A stretch of DNA of 64,000 nt from Vicugna vicugna (lineage: Eukaryota). The notes beneath the pieces were generated by a model. The model was not told the DNA's origin and made no database searches. It saw only the letters and a program-made list of their open reading frames with translations. Positions 38,325-51,439 of this stretch are shown here, piece after piece. How positions within the stretch are numbered: the stretch's first letter is position 1; the number at the start of each line of letters is the position of its first letter. The stretch lies in the NCBI GenBank assembly GCA_013265495.1, contig MU057416.1, positions 862,545-926,544 on the forward strand, written 5' to 3'. The position numbers were made by a program, and so were the translations under genes.

Positions 38325-38475
38325 ATTTAATTAACTATTAGAATGAGATTAAAAACACATGGCCATAAACACTGGAAAGAATAAATAAAACATACGCAGT
38401 TTTTTAAAAAAACAATTTCTGAGCGTCCTCAAATTGCAATCGTCTAGAGGAGGCAAAGACAGACAGATGAACTGC

Positions 38476-39360
38476 ACCGCGATCAGACCAGCGAGAAGCA
38501 GGCGGACCTGAGGGCTCGCGGGGCGAAGCCCCGGGCCGGGGTCCCCGGACGTCGGCCAGGCGCCCCCACACCCTCCCGCGTCACCAGCACGGCCGCCGGG
38601 CTCCGCCTCCAGCCTCAGGCGCACGGGGCCCGCGCGTCCGCATCGAGTGCCCGGCGCAGGGCCACCGCTCGGGCCGCGCCGTGAGAAGCGCCGCCTCCCA
38701 GGACGCGACGGCAGCAGGGCCGGGAGCACGAGGGACACGGCGGATGAGCGAGCATCTCGTGCTGAGAAGAATCGGCGTTTTGGAGTTTTGAGGCGGCAGC
38801 AGCACCCAAGGGGCTTCCCTGGTCACGAGGTGCCCGGACGACCCGGGCAGGGCTCCCGAGGGGAGCGCACTCCGGCCCCCGACACGGACGCCCTAGGCTT
38901 CTGTCTGCCTGTTTTTATGAGCAGTGGTCACTTGCTCTTGCCCACGCATTCTGGCCGGCGGGGCCGAGTTGCAGCTGCTGGTTCACCGCACCGAGGTGGG
39001 GCGCTCGGTGCCCGCCCGCGGGGAGGAACAGACGCGACGGTCGCCTCAGCGACGCAGGGCGGCCGCGGTGGCCCGGGCCGGGCGGGCAGGCCTCGCGGCG
39101 GCCCAGCTGCTGCGGGCGAGCGGGGAGCAGCTCGGGCCTTTCCAGACTCGGAGTCCCCGTGGCCGAAGCAGGAAACCGAAGCGCAGAGGCCGAAGCCACC
39201 TGCGCGCGCCCGCGCTGTTGAGCGAGGTAACCGGCCTCCCACGTCTGACCCCGCGGTTTCAGTCCGCTCTGCCGGTTCAGCGCCTTTGCCCTGAAACGAC
39301 GGGGCCTGACCCAGGGCTCCGCTTCCTTCCGGCTGGTTCGTTCTGTGATTTACCGGGTTC
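38476..39360. promoter_or_regulatory. Large CpG island, likely promoter (possible non-coding first exon ending 39226 on +)
   Basis: ~900 bp dense CpG; tgcgcgcgc 39201-39209; donor GAG|gtaacc 39226/39227. Confidence 0.8.
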
Positions 39361-41100
39361 CCTCTTTCAAATCTACGGTGACATCTCTTTTTTAAAAAGT
39401 CCATCCGTTCTCAAAACAGCAACATAAAGAGTGTCACCTTTGAAACGATCACACATCAACTCAGAGCATCTAATAACAGCAGAACTGTCCCCACCTGCGC
39501 TTGGCTTTAAGCCTACAGGCTTCCCGCGCGGTGCTGAGAGGGAACCCAGGAGCTTTGTGCATCCGAGCTAGTTAACGACGTCTTCTGGAAGCAACGTGGG
39601 TGGTAAGTGGAGCGGCAGAGACACCCCAGTGACATTTGGACTTCGGTAAATAAAGAGAAATTCCAAAATACGCGTTGACCCCAAGCGTCACGTGAAACGT
39701 ACTCATCCTGCAAGACCCTCCTTTCTCCATCTGAACTTCAGTTTCACGGAGCAGCCTGTGTTTCATCTGCAACCGGCCGCAAAGGCTCCCCCCACAGGTC
39801 AACCTCAGGCTCTGTGTTGTCAGAAATAAGGGAGCTGGGGAGCTTGGAAGCGGAACAATGTGTGAGGTGGGAACAGGCACGAAGGAAAGCCCCTCCCCAC
39901 CGAGACCTCCTGCCCACTCTGCACGTCCGGTGGGGTCGGGGCCACGTCAGCTTCAGCTCCGACAGCGGTTTATAAATCGTTACTGGCTTCCTGCCCGTTA
40001 ACATTGTCAAACAGCAAGGGACAGCGGGCGAGCTACTGTCCTCAAGTCACGCCCTTGCCTAGAGGGGCATCAGGGCCGTTGGCTCCCTGAGTATATCTGT
40101 GCATTTTAATCCAGGCTTGCTCTCTCCTAATCAAATCCTAGCCCCCTCCATTTTTTTTTTACCCAAAAATGCTCGGACATATTTTTCTCTCACTTCATCA
40201 TTATCCAATTACCAAAGTTTCTGATTTTTACCATTTTCCCCAATGTCATCAAAAGACCTAAACCCATTAAACAATGCATAGTCAATGCAAACCATGGGGT
40301 CTGCTCCTGGGAACTGTGCTGGGTGCCCAAGACACACAGATGAATAAAACACCTGCCAGGGACTGAATTTCCAACCCCCAACCCCACTCACACGTTGAGG
40401 CTGTAACCCCAGCGTGACTGGATTTGATGTCCGGGAGGGAATTAGGTCAGAAGCCACCCTGTTGTAGGACCTTGTCTGAGTAGGCAGCTGGGAACGGCTC
40501 ACGCCGACTGATGACCTAAAGAGCAAATACACTTTGTGCTCTTGTTTTATTTAAAAAACATACATTAAAAGAAAGGCTGCCTCTATTTGTAGGAGAGAAG
40601 ACTACAGTCCAAATGATGCCAGGAAGTCAAAATAACTTGCATAATCAGCAAGTGGCATTTCCTTGGGATGAAAAAACAAAGCACAGCAAATCGGAGTGTG
40701 CACAGGTTAATAAGCAAGTCACTGAGACTTAAGATGACGCGTTAAAGGAAAGCAAGCAATGAGAAAGAGTGGAGCATTTAGACAGGGGTGGAGGGGAGAA
40801 CCTGAAAGAGAGGGTCCGGAGCAACTGCAGGCAGCCCGAAGCCGGCGCATGACTGGAGATGCTGAGACGGAACTGTTCCCTTTTCGCCGGGTGCCCGTCA
40901 GTCTTCAGGCGTCACCAGGAGCAAGTGCTCCATCTGAGTTATTAAGCAGTTACGCAGTATTTTCAGTAAGTTCAGGCTTCTTGGGCTACAGTATCACGTA
41001 AGTCATATTACACTGTGCTGGGGGGGCGTGGCGCATATTGATTCCTTTTCTAGGAGTTAAGGTATGGGGTTTTCCCCCGTTTCTTTTAAACGTGTAAACA

Positions 41101-41243
41101 TCAAAACTCAGAAGTCTTCACTTCATCCAGCGTATCGCAGTAAACCTCGGGCAGAACCGTATCGTGTCTCAGCAAGGCCAGTATGAACCGATGGTCTAAT
41201 CCCTCAGGTGGCGATCTGGCTCCCAGGCATCGCGAGTGCGGGA
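41101..41243 (-). CDS. Candidate terminal coding exon (..GLDHRFILALLRHDTVLPEVYCDTLDEVKTSEF*), unidentified
   Basis: Pyrimidine-rich acceptor ccttcctccacctccactcag; frame open to TGA; no protein recognised. Confidence 0.2.
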
Positions 41244-42384
41244 CTGAGTGGAGGTGGAGGAAGGTTGCAGCCAGAGTGAAAGGACAGGCCAGCGTTCGAA
41301 TGCAGGAGAAATCAAGACTGGAGACGGCGGGCTTTGGGGTCAGGAGAGTAGAGACCACCATCACAGCAGAGCAGGACTCCAACACGGCCGGCCGGTGCAG
41401 CCTGCTCCCCCGCCTCCAGCCAGGAGGACCCACCTGTCGATGCCATCACACCTGAGTACTTGGAAACATCCCTCACATCCATGTAGTCAGTCTTCCTGCT
41501 TTTTCTTCCTTAAACGTCGTCCCTGTTGTGCACCCACAAACACTATCCCTTAAGATGCAGCTCAGTCAACAACCCCCTAGAACTTCCCATCATTTGCCTC
41601 CCTCCCCCGAATGTGGAAACAACCACGCGCTCTGTTCCCTCTCCTCTCTCCCCTGTTCCGGGGCACAGTCCTAACAAAGCACCAGTTTCATCTGGTTAAA
41701 CTCAGACGCGACTCTCTCACCACCAGAAGGAAGGTTCCTTGAGGGCAGGAGTAGCGTCGTTCTCCTCACTACAGACGACCAAGAGTTACCAACCGAGCGA
41801 CCGACGATTTGGTTATCATCCGTCTTAATCCCCATGACCTTAACCCGTATCTTTTAGATAATTCTTCGATCAGTAAGGAATTCAAGCAAAAACAGAGGAT
41901 GCCTTCTTTTCAAGCCTACAAACTGAGCTTTAACCTCCAGACAGGACCCTAAGCAAGCTGTGTCTGGAAAGATGCCGGATTCCAGCTAACAGGAGGTCAC
42001 CGTGGGCCTCCTCAGCCCTTTCTGGAAAAATGGGAGTAAAGCAAAGAATGTTCAGCCTGTCAGTTACTTAATCCTCCAGAGACTGGAGGAGGGGCTGTGA
42101 GGTCAGAGAGCCAACTCCTAGGTTTTCCAAGAGGAAATTCATTTCAAGTCTTTATTGCCTTAATTCTAATTCACTAGTATCCACTAGCTATTGGGTATTT
42201 CCATGTGGAAGCTCTGTAGTTAACTTCAAACCCAACTGTTCCAAACTCGAACCCATCACTGTCTCATTTAATCATCTCCTTCCACCAATAACCTCCACTT
42301 CCTGGACCACTTTGCTCAAATACTGGGATCACTGTTAATTTTCTCTTCTCTTTCACACTCATCTCACACACTATCACTTTTATC

Positions 42385-42560
42385 TTGCATTTGCATGAGG
42401 CATTCCAGTCTTAAAAACTGTCATATAAATTGCCTCATTTAGTCCTTACAATAAGCCTGTTATAGGTAAGCAACACGAAAATTGGAAAAACTGACCAAGG
42501 TCACCAAGTTAGTAATGATGGCATATCTGAGATTCAAATCCTGGTCTTCTGACTCCAAAT
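42385..42560 (-). mobile_element. MIR
   Basis: ctcatttagtccttacaataagcctg..ccaaggtcac..gattcaaatcctggtcttctgactcca. Confidence 0.75.
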
Positions 42561-42839
42561 TCAGGTACTAACAAGGGCCATTTCATTTTCTCTGAAATGC
42601 CATCCCTCCTCTGAGCTCCTCCTGCCGGACAACTGCATCGCTGCCGGCTCTCAGACCCTCAGCCTGAATGAGACATTTGTCTGCATGCGTCGAAATTCAC
42701 TCATCTCCATCCACTCTCTTAATGGTAATGCCAAACTGACGTGCGGCAAACACCGCGTCTGCCATAATCCTTAACAATACAAAAGGTTTCAACAGCGTCT
42801 TTCTGCCCTGAGAGCAAGCTCCAGGGGAGAGCAGTGTCT

Positions 42840-43315
42840 GGAAATGCTCTGGGGCAGGAGCAGGCACTCCCACACACGGCTGCTGCTCGTGGAGACCGGT
42901 ACGGCCTTTCTGGGGAGAAATCCGTAAACACCTATCAACATTCAAAATATGAATGCTCTATTCCATAGCAAGGTTACTTTTAAAATTTATCTTGTGGGAA
43001 AAATTCCTAAAGAATACAAATACATGTTACAATTCATCACTGTTGTAGAATTGTCTTTAATAGTTAAAAATGGAATCATGTAAATGTCCATCAACAGTGG
43101 AGTCATTGTTTAAATGAGGTTTCATCTATACAATGGAATACAATGTAGTTACTTAAAGACTGATACGGATCTACGCACATCTGCGTGACAACACGGTCCG
43201 AGTAAAGCGAAGTAGGCGGTAAGGGAAGTATGTTATGACCCGTCCCATCGTGCTAAAGATATACGCATGTGTGTCTGGACAGGATATATGTATCATGTTT
43301 ATATTCATATACATA
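42840..43315 (+). mobile_element. Ancient L1ME fragment
   Basis: taaatgtccatcaacag..tatacaatggaatacaatgtag. Confidence 0.65.
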
Positions 43316-45021
43316 ACATTGATTAAACTAGAAATCTGTAACAGGTATTGGGGAAAAAACCAAATTTTTGGAAAATAAAGAACAGACTTCTAAATAACCC
43401 ATCTGTCAAAAAGAATATCTCAAAAGAAACAAAAATATTTTAAACTGAAAGATAATAAAAATGCAGTACATCAAAATGTGTACCATGAAGCTAAAGCAGA
43501 GATGAGAGAGAATTTTATAGTATCAAAAATGTATGTTAAAAAAAAGAAAGTCTCAAATCAGTAATCTCCTTTAAGAAACTAGAAAAAGGAAAGCATATTA
43601 ATTGCAAGGAAATTATAAAAAGGAAATAATAAAGAAATCAATAAAATTGAAAAGAGAAAAACAATAGAGAAAGTCAAGGAAAGCAAAAGTTGATTATTTG
43701 AAAAGATTAATAAAGTTGCTAAGTCGCTAGACAAATTGACAAAGAAAAACCAGAGAAGACCTACGTTACCAAATCAAGAGCGAAAGAGGGGACCACAGAC
43801 CTGAGACATTCAAAGGTGACTAAGGGGATACTACCATAAACTTTATGCCCATAAATTTAACGAGTCAGATGAAAAGGATCAATTCTTTAAAAACTAAAAA
43901 CATCACTCAAGGAGGAATAGATAATCTGAATATTCTTAAATCTAAGAAGTTGAATTTGTAGTTTAAAACTTCCCCCAAAAAAACAAAAAAAAAGAAATTT
44001 CCAAGTTGAGATAATTTCACTGGTGAATTGCATCAAATATTTAAGGAAAAAATAGTAACAATTCTGCATAACATCTTCCAGAAAAAGGAAGACTCTGCAA
44101 CTCAGTTTATGAAGCCAGCATTACCCTAATGCCAAAACCAAACCAAAACATTGTATTAAAAACAAGTAAAGACTAATGTTCCTCATGAACATACATGCAA
44201 AATAGTCAACAAAATATTATCAGTCAAAACAAGCAATATATAAAAAGAATAATAAACACCAACTAAGCAAGTTTTTCCCAGAAATATAAGGCTTATTCCA
44301 TATTCAAAAATTAATCTGTAGTTCATATTAGTAAAGAAAAAAGGCATGTGATCATCTCAGTAAATGCAGAAAAAGCATTTGAGAAAATTCAGTACCCATC
44401 CATTATAAAAACCCTCAGCAAACTGGGAATAGAAGAGAATTTCCCAAACTTGATAAAGGGAATCTACAGTTAACATTATACTTGGTCACAAAACACTGAA
44501 TGCCACCCAAGACAGGGAACAAGACAAGGGCGCCCTTTCTCTCAACTCCTACTGAGCGCTAGCCAGTGCGGTAAGGAAGGAAAAGGGGGAGGAAGGCACT
44601 CGGACAGCAAGGGAAGAAATAAAAGTGTTTCTATTAACAGACAACATGACAGTCTATAAAAAAGAATTCCAAATAATCTACAAAACTCACAAGAACTAAC
44701 AAGAGAGTTTATCTAAATCACAAAACATAAGGTCAATATACAAGAAGAAATTGCATTTCTATAAAATAGCAATGAATAATTAGAATTCAGATTTATTTTT
44801 GAAGTGTCATATGCAGCATCACCAAAAGCAGAAAAGCTAAAACAAACAAACAAAAAAACCCCACAAACACAAAACACAAAAAACAAACAAAAAAAGTAAG
44901 GTATAAATCTTACAAAATAGGTTCAGAATCCATATGCTGAAGACTATAAAATACTGATAAAATAAATCAAAGGAGAACTAAAAAAATGGAAAAATGTATT
45001 TGCTTATGGACTGGAAGACTC

Positions 45022-45180
45022 AAAATTATAATACTGTATTACAATATTATAATATTGTAATATTGTATAATATATCAAAATGCATTATGTTACACTGCAA
45101 GTGTGTTGTAATTTTATGATAATTGTGAAATATTATAACATTGTACAATATTATATCATAATGTTGGACAATATTGTAAA
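45022..45180. repeat. AT-rich degenerate repeat (aatattgt/ttata units) inside the L1
   Basis: Direct reading. Confidence 0.8.
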
Positions 45181-45390
45181 GACAGTATTGTGGAGGCTTA
45201 ATAATTATCTATAGATTCATTATAATTTCAATCACAATCCAGGCAAGATGGGGTTTTTCTAGGGGAGGAAGAGACTGACAAGCTGATTTTAAAATGTACA
45301 TGGAAAGAGAAGGGAACCAGAAGAGTCCCAATAATTTTGAAAAGAACAAAGCTGATACTCATACTCCCGATTTCAAGACTTACTACAAAG

Positions 45391-45768
45391 TGTTGAAAAA
45401 GGAACAACAGGCCCAAGACCGAGCCACTTGTGCGAAGCCCCATACCAGCAAACCACCACTTAGGACCGTCCCTGACAGCAGTTTCGGCCCCTCCCAGGAA
45501 CGCGCCCCGTAGCCAGTCTGGAATGACCTTCAGCCCTAGGAGGTCACCTGGGCGACAGACCCCATCCTTCCCCGCAGGAAGGCGCCTCAGCTGAAACAAT
45601 CCACCTTTGCTGGAGCAGCTTCCTCGCCCTGCCTCTTTCTGCCTCTTTCATTCTGCACAGCTCCTCGGAGCTGCTTTGTACTTGCTGCACAGGGTGCTGC
45701 CTGATTCGTGAATCCCTGAATAAAGCCAATTACAGCTTCAAATGTACTTGGTTAACTTTTCTTTAACA
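45391..45768 (+). mobile_element. ERV1-like solo LTR (378 bp)
   Basis: TGTTGAA...TTAACA termini; 4-bp TSD AAAG 45387-45390 / 45769-45772; AATAAA 45719-45724; L1 sequence rejoins across it. Confidence 0.9.
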
Positions 45769-46912
45769 AAAGTGACAGTAATAAAGACGACATGGTAACA
45801 ATGAAAAGACAGAGTCAACGACTAATAGAACAGAAGTCCAGAGGTGGACCCAGACAGATCTAGTCAACTGAATCTTTAGAAAAGTGCAAAGGCAATTTTG
45901 TGATGCTGGAGAAACTGGACGCCCTTATGGGAAAGAACTGAGCCCGGACCTGCATCTGCATGCAGATGCTTATAGCAGCTTTACCTACAATCATCAAAAA
46001 CAGATGCTCAACTGAATGTGTCAGGAAGCTGTGCTACATCTTACCACGGAACACCATTCAGCAGTGAAGTGGGGCAAACCTGGCTTACACACACCAAAAA
46101 AAAAAAAAAAGACAGAAGAGAAATCTTAAATGCAGTTTACTCAGGGGAAACTACAGGAACTGAAACAAATCAGCAGTTGAAAAGGCGGGATGTGGAGGGG
46201 GATTCACTGCAAAGGTGCAAAATGAGAGCGAGGGGAATAAAAATGTGCTGCACCATGACTGGTGATGAAAGCACGGCTGCATTCATCAAAACCTGTGGAA
46301 CTGTTACCACAAACAGTGAGGTTTCTTTCTTACCTTCTTTCCTTCTTTCTTTCTTTCATGTGTGTAAATTAGAAAATAATCAACCAGGAGACGGGAGGCA
46401 CTCAAAATGGAATACACATTATAACAAATAAATGCCACCAGTAATGAGACACATGACATCACGTGCCTCCTGATGTCACCGCTGAGACAGGCACAGCACA
46501 CCTGTGGTGCTTTCAGCAAAACCGCACGACCTCAGTGTCCCACCGGGACACATCAGATAAACCCAGACTGAGACGTAGCTTACATAATAACTGACCAGGG
46601 CATTTCCCTGCAAATTAAGCTGCGAAGCACAAGGAAAGACAGAGAAGATGTTACAGGTTGTAACTAAATGCAGCGTGAGAGCCCGGCTTGGGTGCTGGGA
46701 CAGATGAAGATGGGGAAACTGGCAAAACCCAAACAAAATCCATAGTTCAGTTGATGCATCGTACTAGGGGCAACTTCTTAGTTTCGATAACTTTACCAGG
46801 CTTTCAGAAGATGCTGACAGTAGAGGAATCTGGGTGAGAAAGTTACAGGAACTCTGTCCTATTATTACAACCTTCCTGGAAGACTAACATTATTTTGAAA
46901 TTAAAAAGTTAA

Positions 46913-46999
46913 GGGGGGAGGGTAGAGCTCAGTGGGACAGCGTGTGCTGAGCACGCACGAGGTCCTGGGTTCCATCCCCAGTGCCTCCATTAAAAAAAA
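46913..46999 (+). mobile_element. Camelid tRNA-derived SINE (short form)
   Basis: ggggagggtagagctcagtgg..gaggtcctgggttccatccccagtgcctccattaaaa. Confidence 0.92.
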
Positions 47000-47010
47000 T
47001 CTTGATATTT

Positions 47011-47183
47011 CAAAAACAAGGTCCTACCCTATAGGACAGGGAACTATATTCAAAGCCTTGTAATGACCTACAATGGAAAGGAACATAAAAAGGAATATGT
47101 ATGTGTGTGTGTGTATGAATCACTATGCTGTACACCAGAGATTAACGCAACATTGTAAATCGACTATACTTCAATTTAAAAAA
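47011..47183 (+). mobile_element. L1 3' tail fragment
   Basis: aacaaggtcctacc..cagggaactatattcaa..aacattgtaaatcgactatacttcaatttaaaaaa. Confidence 0.92.
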
Positions 47184-48738
47184 CGTTGGAAAATCCATTC
47201 AGCATCTGCACTTCGTGTTACTTTAATATTCACCAGGTCTCCGCTCCAGCACAACTGGTGCAGAGATACAGAAACTGTTGTTCTGAGAAAAACTCATTTG
47301 ATTTGGTGACCAAGTTTTTCTACAGTTTTTCCTGAAACATAAGGGAAATACTTCCATTTCAAGGGAATTGGTACAACAGCCAGATTCAGAGAGAAGAATG
47401 CAGATTCTCCCCTAGACGCCTCCAGCACTGCAGGAGAGTACAAAACCTTGGGAAACCCTTAAGAGTTTCCTAAAATCAGACTCTCCGAATGGCATACATG
47501 CTTCGGATGTGGATTCTTTGCGTTTCCCCTCAAAGAGTTTTTTCTTTATTACATCAGGGAATTGAGGGCAAGCTCCTTCTGGAGAAGTCACACTGCACAC
47601 GGACAAAGTAGTTGTAAACAACATCATTGGGGAGGTTTTTATAATCTTGAGAAATGCATGGACGTCTCAATATGCTTGATAAAGGCCCCTACGGGACAGT
47701 ATAAAGGAATTATTAACATGTTACAATCAGTGTCTATCTTGAGCTACGGGCACGTACGAGGTCTACTGCAAGTATTTTGGTGCCCTGGGCGTCTTTAGTG
47801 AAATGCTCTGAATAGTCCCTGATTCCCAGGCTTCAATTTCCAGTGAACGTTCAGGATCATCTAGCAGCAATGATGTGCATGAACTGCTATGACAGACAGT
47901 TAATGAAAATTATGCTGATGGCTTTGTAGGGCACGGCGTCTCTCGGTGGTCTTTTTGATCCTTATTCTTGTAGAATCTTCAACTCACTTTCTTAAGTGTT
48001 TAAATCAGTTGCTGCTGTAATTCTACAAAAACCAGCTCAGGAACCGGCATCTCCGAGCCGACGTGCGTGTACTCTGCAGCGCGCCTTTCTGGTCTTGAGC
48101 TGACCCTGTTACCCCACGTTACGTAACTAACGTGTGAAACGACCAGTATTTCTACTAAGTTACTCCCTTAATTACCTTCGCAGGTACTGGCGAGGGCCAC
48201 TAACTCAACCTTTCTCTGGCTCTTCAAAATGTTACACCTGGTTCAGCGGAGAGAGATGGCTGGAAAACCTCCATCTCGTGTTCGCATTAGAAGGATCAGG
48301 CAAAGCAGCATTTTTCACAATCTCAAAACTAGAAAAGTCTCCCGGAAGCAGCGGCACTCTCTTAAGTCTCTCGACAGCGATTACGAGACATCTGCAGTGA
48401 GAGGTGATGCTGGTACTATTTATATTCTCTAATTATAAATTTATAAAATATCATCATTACGGTATTTACCATTTCAATTACATCATAGTTGTGAACCCTC
48501 GCTCTAAGGCTTCCGCGTCAGCGCTTCTCAGTGACTACTGCTTTACCTCGTCTGGAGAGAGAACGTCTACGCAACCCAAACACGTTCAGCACGGTCTCAG
48601 CGGTTTCCCAGCAGAGATTTTATTCAACGGTTGGTTACATTTTTATTAAAGAATTTATACTTTACATTTTCTTGAGATTTCTTCTGATCAGGATCCCATT
48701 CTTACGCCAGAATACCCACTGGGATAGAAAAAGGTAGA

Positions 48739-49056
48739 TTTTTTTCAACTGAAGTACAGTCAGTTACAACATGTCAGTTTCTGGTGTGCAGCACGATGTC
48801 CCCGTCATGCACACACACACATATATTCGTTTTCGTATTATTTTTCACCATAGGTTACGAGCAGGTATTGAATATAGTTCCCTGTGCCATACAGAAGAAA
48901 TCTGTTGTTTATCTATTTTATACATAGTAGTGAGTATCTGCAGATCTCGCAGTCCCAATTTACCCCTCCCCACCCCCCTCCCCCCAGTAACCTTAAGTTT
49001 GTTTCCTATGTCTGTGAGTCTGTTTCTGTCTTGTAGATGAGTTCATTAATGCCTTC
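48739..49056 (-). mobile_element. L1 3' end fragment
   Basis: TSD gaaaaaggtagatt 48727-48740 / gaaaaagatagatt 49057-49070. Confidence 0.92.
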
Positions 49057-50294
49057 GAAAAAGATAGATTTTGAGGAACAAACATAAGATACCTGTACTT
49101 GTTTAGATGAAAAACACATCAAGGCTAATCACACCCTAAAAACTTCAAGTCTAAAATGGTAGCAACTCAGAGGAACAATTCACCAACAGCATCACTGGTT
49201 CCAACCTGTGTACCAGCCATTCCAGAGACAGTAAGAACGCTGGAGGAAGCGACAGGCACTGACTTTGTCACTGCAGGTTGCACCCCATGCTGTCAGGTCT
49301 CCCTGAATATTTACCTAAATTCAAACCCAGAAATCGTCCAGCAAGACGGGGAAAGTCTGGCTTTGTAAAGGTGAATTAGTGGATAAGTAGACTGGTGTTT
49401 ACTTATATTCAGAAAAGGAACTCTCCCCATGTGATGCTGAGCAGGACTTTTCCATAAATTCAACTCTTCATTGTATTCAAATTGGCTTCATTTTCCAAGT
49501 GTTTGTTTTTCACCTAAGTTAAGAGTCTCCGTTTCCTGGGGTGTTGTAAACTCAGCGGTCTTACATCTCAAAATGCCTCTCTGGACCCTCTGCTTCAGTG
49601 AGCACCTTGAACTCTTTCTTGAATGATGTATCTTCAAATTCATAACACATGCTAAGAACGGATTTTTTCCTCCTAGTTTTCAAATCCACGTTTATTTGAA
49701 GAAGTTTAGATACGTCTGATTCTTTACCCTTAAATCACCAGGAGGAAATTTTGTGGGGGTGATTTGATCACACGGAAAGCTTTATAAGCTATTGATAAAT
49801 TTTCAGAAAACTTTTAATGACATTTTTAATACAGGAAATTGGGTTTCTTCTGAATGTAGCTAACGTGGAATTTCAAATCTCAGCCCACACGCATCTACCT
49901 GTGACTGAAACAACCTCTACGCAGAGACAAGCATTGATCTAACCTGCAAGGCAATTTCTTTCCTCCAAGTTTTCTAATAAGATTCTAAAACGCTTTGCAG
50001 AAATACAGTGGAAATGTCTACTATTTCGAGAGCAGCCCATATTGGGAGAACGCAGAACCACAAATCTCCTTCAGTGTGTATTTTAAACGTAGAAAAATCT
50101 GACCTCCGAACTACCAGCCCCAGTTAGAATTTTGAGATAAACAATACCAATCCTTGGTCTTTAAAAAATAATCGTAGGTGAACTTAGTGTTTAGGAAATG
50201 TGCGTGGCTCGGTGGAATGAACCCAGACATAGTCTTAGTGAGAGTCACCCCTCTGGGCTCTCCGTTTCCGAGCCTTCTTCAAGAATCTGCCACT

Positions 50295-50440
50295 GTGGGG
50301 AAGAGGGAGGTACAAACTACGGCACGGAAGACAGGCTCGAGGATGTGTTTACAACGTGGGGAAAATGGCCAACATATTGTAATAACTGCAAATGGAAAGT
50401 AACCTTTCAAAATTACATAATTTTTTTTAATTTTTAAAGA
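50295..50440 (+). mobile_element. L1 3' tail fragment
   Basis: ggaggtacaaactac..aatggaaagtaaccttt; similar to the 3' ends at ~2170-2280 and ~36085-36195. Confidence 0.8.
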
Positions 50441-51439
50441 AAAGGTTACTGAATATATTATAGCTTAGCAATGGAAGAAGGAAGAAGAGGAAGAAATGTA
50501 CTGTTTCACTCGAGCTGAGATCTGCTCTTAATTCAACAGTGAAGTAACATGTCAGTCTGTTCCCAGAGTTAAAGCGACGATGGCGCTGATCTCATGTTCA
50601 CAGCCGCATCGTCCCCGTGCTCCTCTTTTATCTCTTCCTCTGCTGGCGCCTTCCATCCGTCAGCCAGCGAAGGTCAGACTCACCTCGGCGGCTTAGCACA
50701 GCAGTCCTGTTCCCACTGCGTTTACAGGCAGGAAATCTGAATCTTTTCCACGCTGATCTTACTGTTCTACAAGCTATTGATTCCAGCTCTCCAGCGCCAA
50801 CAGCTCACGGGGGGCAGTGTCTGGAGAAAGAACGGCAGCAGGAGGAGCCACATCCCTCTTCCTCCCCGACCGCACTGACTTCTCCATTAGTGGGATTTGG
50901 GCGGAATTAGAATGAATCACGGCAGGACGCGGCTCCCGTCTATCTCAGCCGGCCGCCCAGCTTCACCTGGGCTTGGGGCCATACGTCAGAGCGCACATCG
51001 GGGCGTGATGAGGGATGGACGGCGAGGACGGGGGAGGTCAGCGGGAAGTGGATGGGTCCTCCCCAGGAGTGATCACAAAGCTACTGACACGCAGACAAAT
51101 GGCACGGATCACACGGCACAACACTTAGGACGTGTAAATCTCATGTCCGACATATCCTTTGGCGAGAGACAGACTGTATGAATCTTTTTCACGTCACTAG
51201 AGCGGTTTTAGACGAGGATGCCCTGTCCTGGCGTCACCTCAGCCTCAGAATGCTTTCCTTGCCCATCGGGAGAACGCCGTTTGCACTGCAAGGCTTTCGG
51301 CGCGTGGAAGCTCTCCGGCAATAACCCCTGAAGCAGAGCACTCTGCCTCCGGGCAGTCTTCGCCCCCGGCCGGCTGCTTCCTAATCCTGTGATTCCTGTG
51401 ATGCGCCCCTGACTCACTGAACGCTGACCACCCTCGAGG

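Larger units (their letters stand above)
43320..46912 (+). mobile_element. Old L1 (L1MC-like) ORF2 and 3'UTR, degraded, interrupted by a solo LTR
   Basis: A-rich ORF2 motifs (gaagccagcattaccctaatgccaaaacca; aatgcagaaaaagcatttgagaaaattcag); 3' end ggaactctgtcctattattacaacc..aaattaaaaagtt. Confidence 0.88.

Noticed and set aside
38349..39427. Overlapping 130-215-aa ORFs on both strands
   Set aside because: Arg/Gly/Ala/Pro-rich products expected from a GC-rich island
48176..48391. Exon candidates on either strand
   Set aside because: Frames stop before the strong donor, and no protein was recognised
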